From Candidatus Rifleibacteriota bacterium (GTDB lineage: Bacteria > Muiribacteriota > Ozemobacteria > Ozemobacterales > Ozemobacteraceae), in assembly GCA_051747585.1 (NCBI GenBank), contig JBNJGH010000016.1:11971-46014 (forward strand): a stretch of DNA of 34,044 nucleotides, read 5' to 3'. Positions 24,944 through 34,032 of this stretch are shown piece by piece. Each line of letters starts with the position of its first letter. Within the stretch, counting starts at the first letter, position 1. The notes under the pieces were generated by a model, which was not told the DNA's origin, searched no databases, and saw nothing but the letters and a program-made list of their open reading frames with translations. The position numbers and the translations under genes are program-made.

Positions 24944-27875
24944 ATCAAAATTTATTTTAAAAGTTACCAGTAGACCGAACACTGCGAAGCTTGTGTTGGC
25001 ATGGCTTCTGCTGGTAATATTGCCTGCTTTTTTATTCATTAATCTTTTTAATTTTGTATTGCAAGAAGGCGAGCAAGATCTCTTTAACAGCGCCAGAACC
25101 TCTCTATATGAGGAAATGGAAGACTTTAAAAGCAAACTGCTTATACGCAGGTATCTTGAAATTAACCTTGCACAGCTTTCCAGGAAACTTGGCTTTAATA
25201 AAAGCAATAACAAAAAAATTCAATACTATAAAAGCCTTGATGCTACAAAGTTGCGAAAAATTATAAAAAAAGAACTTGGAATTAATGTTTTTGCAGCATT
25301 TTACCACGGCCCCGACACTGCCAAAACAAGCCATTCATTAACAGCCAGGCAGGCAAAAAAGTTTATGATCTCAAGAACCATGCTGGAACATTTATTTAAA
25401 TTTCTCAATAAACAAAACAAAAAAACCAATTGCCTGCCCCAGTCGAATAAAAAGCCGATTAACCCTGATCTAGAAAAGAAACTAAGAACAAAAAGCCTTA
25501 CCTATCTCAAGAATTTATTAAAAACTACCGGCAAGTTAGAACTTGAGAAAAATGAAGTAAAAACCTTTCTTTCGGGCAATCCTGATTTAAAAAGAATTTT
25601 TATTTACTATGCCTCTGCCGAAAAGACAACAAAAGTGGCTAAAGCCAACCTCGGCGGTTTCATCATCATTTTCAGACAAAAAGATATTCCGGTAAAAATA
25701 CTTACCAATTTTGCGACAAACGATCAAAACCAAATAGCTTTTAATAGAAGAATTATTACCAGAAATCTAAAAAGTATTAAAAATCTCAACAAATTCTCAA
25801 ATAGTCTAAGTCAACTAAATGAAACTAATTCAGAATTGACATTGAACAGTGTTTTTCCTTCAGAATTACTTGTCAGAATAATATGCGGAGATACTTATTA
25901 TCCTTTCAATCTTGATAAAACTATTAAAAATTTCCCGTTACTGCAGATTAAAGTCAATAAATCCGAATTGGTTCATCCACTGAGAAAATATTACCAACCG
26001 GTAAAGTTTACTCTGCTCATTTTAGTAATGCTGGTTACACTTTTGTTTCTGCGCCTTTTCTTTTTTGGTTTCTTTCTTCCCTTTAAAATCAGAACCAAAA
26101 TTCTTTCTGCCGTTTTTGCCGCTTCGATTCTTCCCTTTCTGGCTTTATGGACAATGGCTGCCTACCATGAAGCTTTTAGTGAAAAATTCAGACAATTCGA
26201 AATGTCAGGCTATCTTAATCAACAACTGGCACAATTCAATATTTCTACCAATTCATACAGGGCAGCTCTTGAAAACAAGTTCATTAAATTAAACGAAACG
26301 CTTGGTAACCTTAAAACCTATGAACTTATACCTGCAATTAAGCACTGGATGAAAGACAAACCAATAACCCATATTGCTACCAGAATAAAAAGAAATGATG
26401 GGGTTCTGGCCAGGGAACCGGGAACCAGAATGGAATCCTTTGAGCTTGATTTAAAAGACCTGCTATTCACAACATTAGAAAATGCTTTTAGAAAATATGA
26501 TGATGAAGGAAAACTTAATGATGGCTCTATTGGATTGTTTAAAATCAAGGTAAAAGGTATCGGGAATTTCCTTTCAGACATAAGCTTACTTCATAATTCG
26601 GGCTTTTATAACATCGACACTCTTTATTCTTTAATTCCTGTGTTTAAAGGCAACAGGGATGACTCAACAGTCGAATCCGCTTTTCTATTAAAACTTTCAA
26701 ACAAGCTGATACTTAAAGACTTTTTCAGAAAAAACAAAAAATTCATAACTCAGGGTTTCTATAATGGTTTTAAAATTCAAAAATGCTATATACCCATTTC
26801 TCGACCCGGCAGGCTCCCGCCGCAAACAGATTATATCTGCAGTAAAAATTTTCCTTTTCAACTAAGCAAAGATAAAATCGAAAAAACTTTACAGAACAAA
26901 TCGACAAATTTTACTATTATCAACCATAATGGGCATTTAAAGCTGATTAAAACAGCATTTATGCCCAGCCTGAAAACTATTGTCGTTTTAGTAGCAACTC
27001 AGATAACAGGACAAAATTTTGCATTGATGCCTTCATTTAAAGCTTTGTCTTTATACCTTCTGGCCATTATTATTGCCGCCATACTTCTTATGGGTAGAAT
27101 TTTTGTAGATCCGGTTAATCTATTTGAGAGGTCAACAGAGAAACTTGCTTGCGCAGATTTCAATCATAGATTAAGCCTGTCGAGTAAGGATGAGTTTGCC
27201 AGTCTTGCTCAATCCTTCAATGTGATGATCAGAGGGCTGAATGAAAAAGAAAAATTATCTCAATTTCTATCAGAAGATGTAATCGAAGAAATTTCGGATA
27301 ATAAGGAAACAATTCTCGAGCCCGGAGGTGAACGTGGTCAGGCAAGTATTGTTTACTGCTCATTACCTCACTTGAACTTGATTTCAGATGAACGAAATTA
27401 TGAAAAAGTCATTGCTGAAATGAGTAATTTAATAAATACTGCAGACCAGATTTCGCGCCGCCATAACGGGGTAATAGACAAAACAATAGAAAACTCGTTG
27501 ATGCTTGTTTTCAGGCAATCTGACGCCGGTGATTCTCATGTTTTAGCTGCCTGCAAGGCAACCATGGAAATAAAAAATGAATTTGCAAGCCAGAATATCA
27601 GGTTCAATGCTGCAATAGCTTCGGGTTCCGTTATTTCAGGTAAGATTGGCTCTAAGGATGGCCGCCTTGATTTTACGGTTATCGGAAATCCGGTAAATCT
27701 TGCTGCACGTCTTAAATCTCAGGCAGAAATATTTTTATCGAGCGGGATATTGATTTGTCCGCAAACTATTAGAAAGCTTAAAGGTAAAGCAAAGTTAAAA
27801 TTTATCGATCGTGTAACTATCAAGGGGCGCGGCCGAACTTTCCCGCTTTATGAACTTATAAAGCTCAGAGATTAA
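24936..27875 (+). CDS. Membrane sensor-HAMP-class III cyclase domain protein, C2-like (substrate/transition-state half)
   Basis: Same architecture; HAMP DEFASLAQSFNVM; YCSLPHL and DKTIENS lack both Asp; DFTVIGNPVNLAARL is intact; 8-bp overlap with the upstream gene. Confidence 0.9.
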   Translation: MPESKFILKVTSRPNTAKLVLAWLLLVILPAFLFINLFNFVLQEGEQDLFNSARTSLYEEMEDFKSKLLIRRYLEINLAQLSRKLGFNKSNNKKIQYYKSLDATKLRKIIKKELGINVFAAFYHGPDTAKTSHSLTARQAKKFMISRTMLEHLFKFLNKQNKKTNCLPQSNKKPINPDLEKKLRTKSLTYLKNLLKTTGKLELEKNEVKTFLSGNPDLKRIFIYYASAEKTTKVAKANLGGFIIIFRQKDIPVKILTNFATNDQNQIAFNRRIITRNLKSIKNLNKFSNSLSQLNETNSELTLNSVFPSELLVRIICGDTYYPFNLDKTIKNFPLLQIKVNKSELVHPLRKYYQPVKFTLLILVMLVTLLFLRLFFFGFFLPFKIRTKILSAVFAASILPFLALWTMAAYHEAFSEKFRQFEMSGYLNQQLAQFNISTNSYRAALENKFIKLNETLGNLKTYELIPAIKHWMKDKPITHIATRIKRNDGVLAREPGTRMESFELDLKDLLFTTLENAFRKYDDEGKLNDGSIGLFKIKVKGIGNFLSDISLLHNSGFYNIDTLYSLIPVFKGNRDDSTVESAFLLKLSNKLILKDFFRKNKKFITQGFYNGFKIQKCYIPISRPGRLPPQTDYICSKNFPFQLSKDKIEKTLQNKSTNFTIINHNGHLKLIKTAFMPSLKTIVVLVATQITGQNFALMPSFKALSLYLLAIIIAAILLMGRIFVDPVNLFERSTEKLACADFNHRLSLSSKDEFASLAQSFNVMIRGLNEKEKLSQFLSEDVIEEISDNKETILEPGGERGQASIVYCSLPHLNLISDERNYEKVIAEMSNLINTADQISRRHNGVIDKTIENSLMLVFRQSDAGDSHVLAACKATMEIKNEFASQNIRFNAAIASGSVISGKIGSKDGRLDFTVIGNPVNLAARLKSQAEIFLSSGILICPQTIRKLKGKAKLKFIDRVTIKGRGRTFPLYELIKLRD

Positions 27876-27927
27876 ATCTGATTTAACCCTGTTTGGTTTA
27901 ATCTATGGCAAAATCAATATAAGACCC

Positions 27928-28075
27928 GTCATGCCTGCGCAAGCAGGCATCCAGAGTTAGAGCAGAAATACAGATTGTTTAAATTCTCTTTTCAAGCACT
28001 CAGCTTATATTTTTAAATAAAATAAACGATGATTATTCTGGATTCCTGATCCGGTTAGAACCGGTCAGGAATGAC
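27928..28075. repeat. Pair of inverted palindromic repeats (GTCAT...ATCCAG type, dRS3/RPE-like)
   Basis: GTCATGCCTGC-GCAA-GCAGGCATCCAGA and TCTGGATTCCTGA...TCAGGAATGAC, in opposite orientation, about 80 bp apart. Confidence 0.7.
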
Positions 28076-28205
28076 ATCTAAAAATTATCTTCGTTAATCT
28101 GCATTTTTTCTTTGAAGCTCTGAGGCTTGTTGTGAGGCATACTTTCCCGGCTGATAATAATTCCAGAACGTTGGCCAAAAATTGCTGGTCAAATCTGAGG
28201 GGGTC

Positions 28206-28234
28206 TTGCTTATTGAGCAATAAACCCTTATTAT
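28206..28234 (+). promoter_or_regulatory. Sigma70 promoter of the ABC operon
   Basis: TTGCTT-N17-TATTAT, ending 9 nt before the ATG. Confidence 0.5.
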
Positions 28235-28243
28235 TCTTGGACT

Positions 28244-29278
28244 ATGGAGCAAAAAACTGCAACAGACAAAGTTATAGTTACAGATAAATTATGCAGAACC
28301 TTCAATGTTCGCCTTAAAGCCGAAGGCCTTGCAGCAAGCGTAAAAAATTTCTTCACCCCTGTTTATAAAAAGGTTGAAGCGGTTAAAAACCTTGATTTTC
28401 AAATAAACAGAGGAGAAGTTATAGGTTTTCTGGGACCTAACGGAGCCGGCAAAACAACAACTCTGAAAATGCTTTCCGGGCTTCTTATTCCCACATCAGG
28501 TCATGTAAGAGTTCTTGGTATGGAACCCTTCGCACGGGACTACAATTTTTTAAGCCGTATCTCGTTGGTTATGGGGCAAAAGCAAAATTTATGGTGGGAT
28601 CTACCTCCGCTCGAAACCTTTGCCATACACAAAAGCATTTACCGAATCGAAGAAAAAGACTTCAAAGAAAGAGTTGAAGAGCTTGTTTCAATGTTGGAAA
28701 TAGAAGAATGCCTCCAGACCCAGACCCGACGACTTTCACTCGGGCAACGAATGCGCTGCGAACTGGCAGTTTCATTATTGCACCGGCCGGAAATTCTTTT
28801 CCTCGATGAACCCACAATCGGGCTTGATATTCTAATGCAGAAAAAAATCCGCAGCTTTCTAGTGGATTATCACAAAAGATTTCAGCCTACAATTTTGTTA
28901 ACCTCACATTATATGGATGACGTAGCCGCCCTCGCACAAAGAGTTGTGGTAATAGACCAGGGACAGGAAATTTATGACGGCGGCCTGCGAGATCTAACCG
29001 GGCATTTTCATCCCGAAAAACAAATTTCGGTTGTATTCAATAAAATACCAGACGATAAATTAATTTCCGAACTTGGAAAGCTGTTAATTAAAGATGGTTT
29101 GTTCTATAAGTTCAGGGTTGAGCGCAAAGATATCGCAGAAGTTGCAGCAAAACTTTACGCAAACGAGCTTATAGCTGACCTTTCCATTGAAGATCCCCCA
29201 CTTGAAGACCTTATAGGCGAGCTTTTTGTCAGGGGGGCTGCAAAGCACCGTAAAGAGAAAAATGAAATCACCGACTAG
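28244..29278 (+). CDS. ABC transporter ATP-binding protein
   Basis: GPNGAGKTT, LSLGQRMR, LFLDEPTIGLD, TSH. Confidence 0.95.
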   Translation: MEQKTATDKVIVTDKLCRTFNVRLKAEGLAASVKNFFTPVYKKVEAVKNLDFQINRGEVIGFLGPNGAGKTTTLKMLSGLLIPTSGHVRVLGMEPFARDYNFLSRISLVMGQKQNLWWDLPPLETFAIHKSIYRIEEKDFKERVEELVSMLEIEECLQTQTRRLSLGQRMRCELAVSLLHRPEILFLDEPTIGLDILMQKKIRSFLVDYHKRFQPTILLTSHYMDDVAALAQRVVVIDQGQEIYDGGLRDLTGHFHPEKQISVVFNKIPDDKLISELGKLLIKDGLFYKFRVERKDIAEVAAKLYANELIADLSIEDPPLEDLIGELFVRGAAKHRKEKNEITD

Positions 29279-30059
29279 TGTTTTATTCAGCGCTTTCTGG
29301 CAGATTGTGCTGACCTACAGGGGCATGATGCTTATCCAGGCGATAAGACTGCTTTTACTGCCAATTGTTTTGTTGTCTGCCTGGCTTTCTATTGAAAAAA
29401 CTCCGGGCAACCCTTACTCAAACGCTGACTATATGCTTTATTACTTATTGGTGCCCATTATTCTCAATCTTACCGATGGCCGAACAATATTTAAATTCAC
29501 TCGTGCCATTAGAGACGGTTCGTTAAGCCGCGACCTTTTAAAACCCTACCCTCCTTTATTGATTTTTATAATTGAAACAATAGCTCGAAATACGGTTCAA
29601 CTTTTGTATCTGATTCCTATCACCTTTTTTGGTCTGCTCTTTTTTAAAGAACGGCTGCCAGCTATTAACCTCACCCCTCAAATAGCTCTTCTCTTTATTC
29701 TGGCAATAGTTACCGGTTTTCTGATACGTATGCTCATAGCCGGAACCATTGCCCTGCTTGGCTTCTGGATAGAAAATGTCACCACCTTGAACCTTGTTCT
29801 TAACGGCGGTGTATGGGCCTTACTCGGCGGCATGATTGTACCTGTCGCGACTTTTCCTGAAAAAATCAGAATTCTTGCCGGTTACCTGCCCTATCGTTAT
29901 ATGCTTAGTTTTCCAATAGAGGTTTTAAGCGGGAAATTAAACCTTGATCAAATCGGCAAAGGTTTTGCCGTTACAGGTGTATGGGCATTGGTTTTTCTGC
30001 TGCTGATAAAATTTATCTGGAAGCGCGGTTTAAAAGTATACACCGCTTACGGAGGGTAA
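29262..30059 (+). CDS. ABC-2 family permease (DUF990-like)
   Basis: About six TM segments; YR, IRDG.L...LLKP, LGG..VP...FP, C-terminal YGG. The likely start is ATG 29262. Confidence 0.9.
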   Translation: MKSPTSVLFSAFWQIVLTYRGMMLIQAIRLLLLPIVLLSAWLSIEKTPGNPYSNADYMLYYLLVPIILNLTDGRTIFKFTRAIRDGSLSRDLLKPYPPLLIFIIETIARNTVQLLYLIPITFFGLLFFKERLPAINLTPQIALLFILAIVTGFLIRMLIAGTIALLGFWIENVTTLNLVLNGGVWALLGGMIVPVATFPEKIRILAGYLPYRYMLSFPIEVLSGKLNLDQIGKGFAVTGVWALVFLLLIKFIWKRGLKVYTAYGG

Positions 30060-30060
30060 A

Positions 30061-30846
30061 ATGCAGCAGTTAAGAACCATATTTATTCTCTGGAAAGCCA
30101 CCATAATTCAGTCAATGGAATACAGAGCCAGCTTTATCTTTTCGATTATCGCCAATTTTGTCGATTTTACCTTTGGCTTTCTTCAATATATAGTTTTTTT
30201 CACTGCCGCTAAGAGTATTGCCGGCTGGAGCGGAGATCAGATATTAACTCTTTATGGAGTTTTCATGTGCATATTTTCGATGCACTTCATTTTTCTTTAT
30301 CCCAATCTAATCGAAATGGGAGAAATGGTTAACCGGGGTACCCTCGATCTGTTGTTAACAAAACCTGTCAATTCTCAATTAATTTTGTCTTTCAAAAGAA
30401 TATCTCTTGAAGAGCTTGGCAGCTTTTTTGCATCACTTATATTGTTAGCATATCTTGCTTTAAAGGGCTCTTTAACTCTTTCGCCGCTTACCATTTTTCA
30501 ATTCATACTTGCCATACCGGCTTCGATGGCATTTGTATACAGTCTGTTCATTATTCTAATGAGCCTTGCGGTAAGGCTTGAGAAGCTGGAAAATATGGCA
30601 CAGCTTATGTGGTCGCTTTTTTCTTTCTGCCGCTACCCGGTTGAAATTTATCCGGGATGGGTAAGGCACATCTTTTTCAGTCTAATTCCTATTGCTTATA
30701 TATCAACTGTTCCCGCTTCAACTATTCTGGGAAAAGCAAGCTGGAGCACCGTTTTAGCCGGGGGGCTACTAGCTCTGGCCGCTCTGTTTATCAGCACTTT
30801 TTTCTGGCGACAGACAATAAAAAAATATACTTCTGCCGGAGGCTGA
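30061..30846 (+). CDS. ABC-2 family permease (DUF990-like)
   Basis: MEYRASF, AGW, G.LD.LLTKP, RYP.EIYP, YTSAGG. Confidence 0.9.
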   Translation: MQQLRTIFILWKATIIQSMEYRASFIFSIIANFVDFTFGFLQYIVFFTAAKSIAGWSGDQILTLYGVFMCIFSMHFIFLYPNLIEMGEMVNRGTLDLLLTKPVNSQLILSFKRISLEELGSFFASLILLAYLALKGSLTLSPLTIFQFILAIPASMAFVYSLFIILMSLAVRLEKLENMAQLMWSLFSFCRYPVEIYPGWVRHIFFSLIPIAYISTVPASTILGKASWSTVLAGGLLALAALFISTFFWRQTIKKYTSAGG

Positions 30847-30862
30847 CTATATTAAGCCGGCG

Positions 30863-31291
30863 TTAATTTTTCTTTTTTTTATCAATTTTCTTTTGAAGTT
30901 CTTTGTTCAGTTTTGGCTGCCATTTAAGATAAAGTTTTCCATCTTTAAATTCGCCATTGATTACATAATCTTTATGAACTTTAATTTTTATTTTGTCGTT
31001 ATCAGTTGAATAAATATAGCCATAACGATCGCACATATCTTTATAAAAGCCACTGGCCTGATCGACCGAGGTACCGATGTCAAGCACGCATTCGCCGGTA
31101 AGTTCGCCGCTGGCCGGTGTTTCTCTTTCACAAAAAGGCGGGATATCAATATAGCGAACCATATTTCCATCATAAAGAGTGACATAATAGCGTTCGTTAT
31201 ACCAGCCATAACCAAAATACAAGCCAAGTGCGCCAACAATCAGTAAAATTATGAAAACGACACCTATAAACCCTCTGGCTTTATGTTTCAT
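30863..31291 (-). CDS. Hypothetical membrane-anchored protein
   Basis: One N-terminal TM segment after KARGF; SD GGGAG. Confidence 0.75.
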   Translation of the reverse strand: MKHKARGFIGVVFIILLIVGALGLYFGYGWYNERYYVTLYDGNMVRYIDIPPFCERETPASGELTGECVLDIGTSVDQASGFYKDMCDRYGYIYSTDNDKIKIKVHKDYVINGEFKDGKLYLKWQPKLNKELQKKIDKKKKN

Positions 31292-31354
31292 TTAAGCTCT
31301 CTCCCAACGACAGTATCTAGTTTTAATTTAACTCTCCGATGTAATTTTAGCAAT

Positions 31355-31381
31355 AAAAAAGGGGGCTTTTCGCCCCCTTTT
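31355..31381 (-). terminator. Intrinsic terminator after the GH13 gene
   Basis: AAAAAA-GGGGGC-TTTTC-GCCCCC-TTTT. Confidence 0.85.
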
Positions 31382-31383
31382 GT

Positions 31384-33630
31384 TTACTGACGCAAAATAA
31401 TGCCGGTTACCGGCGGAACATTGTAGTCTCCTTCAGCTGTATAAAGCCCGGCTTCTTTAACCTTTTCGCCGTTGCAGATAACTTTCCAGGTGCCTGCAGG
31501 CAACTTGAAGTTGACCCAGTTACTCTGGTCACTGTTAAGTAAAACTATAAAGGTTGGCTTCCCTTTGAGGACCATGCCAACGCCATTCTGATTGCCTGGA
31601 AGAATCCAGTCGAGACTCTGACTATTCAATGCTGTAGCATGTTTGAAATTGTCATATTTTTTCCGAAGTGCTATAAGCCCTTTGTAAAGTTCGAAAGTAG
31701 TAAGGTTATCCTTTTTATCGTTCCAGTTGATCCAGTTGGTTTCGTTGTCCTGGTCATAAGAATTATGATTGCCATCTTTGCTGCGGTTGAATTCCTGGCC
31801 TTCATGGATCATTGGAATACCTTGAGAAGTCAGCAGAGCAATAGCGGCAAGTCTGGTTTTCTTTTTGTCACCATTATAAAGGTCAAAAAGAGTATAGCCA
31901 TCATGTGCTTCAATATAATTGAGGCTTTCAGTTGGTTTGGCAGTCCACCAGAAGCAAGTGCCGGCCAGAACGGTCATAACATCATTTCTATTGCCATTAC
32001 CTGAAACAAAAGACCTTATATTTTCGCGATAATCATCGTTCCATTTTCCAAGGCGAGTATTACGAAAATCACTCTTACCCCACTGGTTTCTTTTCCAGTC
32101 TGCAGCCCAGGGCTCTGCAACCACGATTATATCTTCGGGTAATTCATCGAGAATTCTGCCGAAGGTGTGTTTGTCGATTATAGTCCCCAGATCGAACCTG
32201 AAACCATCGACATGGTATTCATCTATCCAGTATTTCAAACTGTCGATAATCATTTTACGCCCGACGGGACTGTCTGAACGGAATTCGTTTCCACAGCCGC
32301 TACCGTTCCAGTAATATTTCTTGTCATCCATGAGACGATAATATCCGGGATTGTCAAAACCTTTGAAATTGAGAGGCTTGCCGCGATGGTCGCCTTCGGC
32401 GGTATGATTGTAAACCACATCCATGATAACCGCAAATCCCTCATTGTGAAGACCGTTAACCAAAGTCTTGAATTCATTTACTGCTTCACCTTTGTTTCCG
32501 CTGGCATAGGAACTTTCGGGAGCAAAAAAATGAGTTGTCATATAACCCCAATGATTGGTAACCCCGGCGTAATTATTGTCAAATTCATGCACGGGTAACA
32601 GTTCGAGGCAGTTAACTCCCAGATCTTTGAGATGACCAAGAATTTTATCTGAATTTTTTCCTTCAAGCATTCCGAGGTATTTGCCTCTTTTATCAGCAGA
32701 CACTCCGGCAGTTTTATGAGCTGTATAGTCTTTGATGTGCATTTCATAAATGATTGCATCTTTAGCGGCTGGCGGAGAAAAATTACCATCCGTCCATTTG
32801 AAATTTCTGTTTACCACGACACTCTTTCCATTATGTCCCACATTGGCAAAAGCATAAGGATCTGAAAGCAGTCGATCCGGATCGAACAAATGACCGTCAG
32901 TGGTAGGTCCATCAGCGGTGAAACCATAAAATGTTCCGTAAAGTTCTTCTTTAATTGTAGCGCGCCAGGTGCCGTTACTGTCTTTTTTCATGGCATAAGA
33001 GCGCCCTTTTTTATCATCTGCTTCTTTAAAAAGTACGAGATTAACCTGAGTAGCAGCCGGAGAATAAACAGAGAATTCGGTTTTGCCGTTTTGAACATGA
33101 GCTCCAAGCAATTCGGAGGGAACTTTATCTTTACTTCCGGTGCTGCGGGTTATTTCTTTTAAGCGTCTTGAGAAATCGGGTTCTTTAAAAGTCTGGCTGG
33201 TTTCAAATTCTGTTTTCAGGGCATGTATATTTTCAATAGAACCTGATAATTGCGGATTTTCGGTTTGAACCAGGTATTTTACTCTTTTTTCGATTATCCT
33301 CAAGGCTTCTTTGAATGCTGCTTTTTCGGCGTTATTACTTATTCTGTATGCAAAAAACCTCAACTGATTCAAAGAGTCATTAATTTGCTGTTCGCTTTCG
33401 ACTTTATGAAAGAATCTTTCAAGCTTTTCTACGCTCTGCCCTTCCTTGGCAAAAGCAGCCGCAGCAGCTTCATCGGAGCTGTCGACCATTCGGCTTGAAT
33501 AATGTATATCACGTGCAACCTGATTGAGAGAATCTGTTAATTGATCGGCGGGTTCTCTGGCCATAAGCGTCAAAGAACAGAAAACCGCCAGTAAGATACA
33601 AATTAAACTTTTTAAAGCTTTCTTATCCAT
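31384..33630 (-). CDS. Secreted GH13 debranching enzyme (pullulanase/isoamylase-like) with CBM48
   Basis: LGA...FSVYSP, DPYA, IYEMHI, ELLPV, WGY, DVVYNH, catalytic DGFRFD / AEPW / AHD; signal peptide. The likely start is ATG 33630 after GGAGG. Confidence 0.93.
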   Translation of the reverse strand: MDKKALKSLICILLAVFCSLTLMAREPADQLTDSLNQVARDIHYSSRMVDSSDEAAAAAFAKEGQSVEKLERFFHKVESEQQINDSLNQLRFFAYRISNNAEKAAFKEALRIIEKRVKYLVQTENPQLSGSIENIHALKTEFETSQTFKEPDFSRRLKEITRSTGSKDKVPSELLGAHVQNGKTEFSVYSPAATQVNLVLFKEADDKKGRSYAMKKDSNGTWRATIKEELYGTFYGFTADGPTTDGHLFDPDRLLSDPYAFANVGHNGKSVVVNRNFKWTDGNFSPPAAKDAIIYEMHIKDYTAHKTAGVSADKRGKYLGMLEGKNSDKILGHLKDLGVNCLELLPVHEFDNNYAGVTNHWGYMTTHFFAPESSYASGNKGEAVNEFKTLVNGLHNEGFAVIMDVVYNHTAEGDHRGKPLNFKGFDNPGYYRLMDDKKYYWNGSGCGNEFRSDSPVGRKMIIDSLKYWIDEYHVDGFRFDLGTIIDKHTFGRILDELPEDIIVVAEPWAADWKRNQWGKSDFRNTRLGKWNDDYRENIRSFVSGNGNRNDVMTVLAGTCFWWTAKPTESLNYIEAHDGYTLFDLYNGDKKKTRLAAIALLTSQGIPMIHEGQEFNRSKDGNHNSYDQDNETNWINWNDKKDNLTTFELYKGLIALRKKYDNFKHATALNSQSLDWILPGNQNGVGMVLKGKPTFIVLLNSDQSNWVNFKLPAGTWKVICNGEKVKEAGLYTAEGDYNVPPVTGIILRQ

Positions 33631-33704
33631 ACTTTCCTCCGAAATACTCTGCTTATTAATCAAGTATAACGGATTTTATTAAATAATGGCAGTACAAATT
33701 TTAA

Positions 33705-33731
33705 TTTTGCAATTAACCTTTTGCAATTAAC
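33705..33731. promoter_or_regulatory. 13-bp direct repeat upstream of the GH13 gene (candidate operator)
   Basis: TTTTGCAATTAAC at 33705-33717 and again at 33719-33731. Confidence 0.45.
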
Positions 33732-33821
33732 ACACTAATTCTTCAGCAATTCTCGGTCAATTATTATTAGCTGGTTACAAAAAGTTCTGGTTTTATTTCT
33801 TTCTGTCAAATATCGAATTTA

Positions 33822-34032
33822 AACCACTGAGGCCACCGAGGGCTCAGAGTTGATTTTTTAATCTTTTTCAGCCGTGGATTTGTCCTCTGGACAAATAGCC
33901 GGCGGTTTCACCGCCCGGCTTTTCCTTCGTCAGCAAGCCTTCAGAAAAACACGAGTGCTTTTCTGAAGGCTTGCTGACGAAGGAAACAATGGCTGAAAAA
34001 GATTCTCTGTGTTCTCTGTGCGCTCTGTGGTT
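33822..34032. repeat. Nested multi-hairpin palindromic element
   Basis: Outer imperfect inverted repeat, a 16-bp closing stem, two short hairpins, and a perfect 28-bp stem (33921-33948 / 33959-33986). Confidence 0.8.

Noticed and set aside
21938..27875. Reading the two cyclase genes as decaying pseudogenes or one frameshifted gene
   Set aside because: Both ORFs are intact and full length, each with its own TM, HAMP and cyclase domains. The residue losses are complementary, not random.
33822..34032. CRISPR array or integron attC interpretation of the palindromes here and at 21698 and 27928
   Set aside because: There are no regularly spaced direct repeats with unique spacers, no cas or integrase genes, and no cassette-like array.
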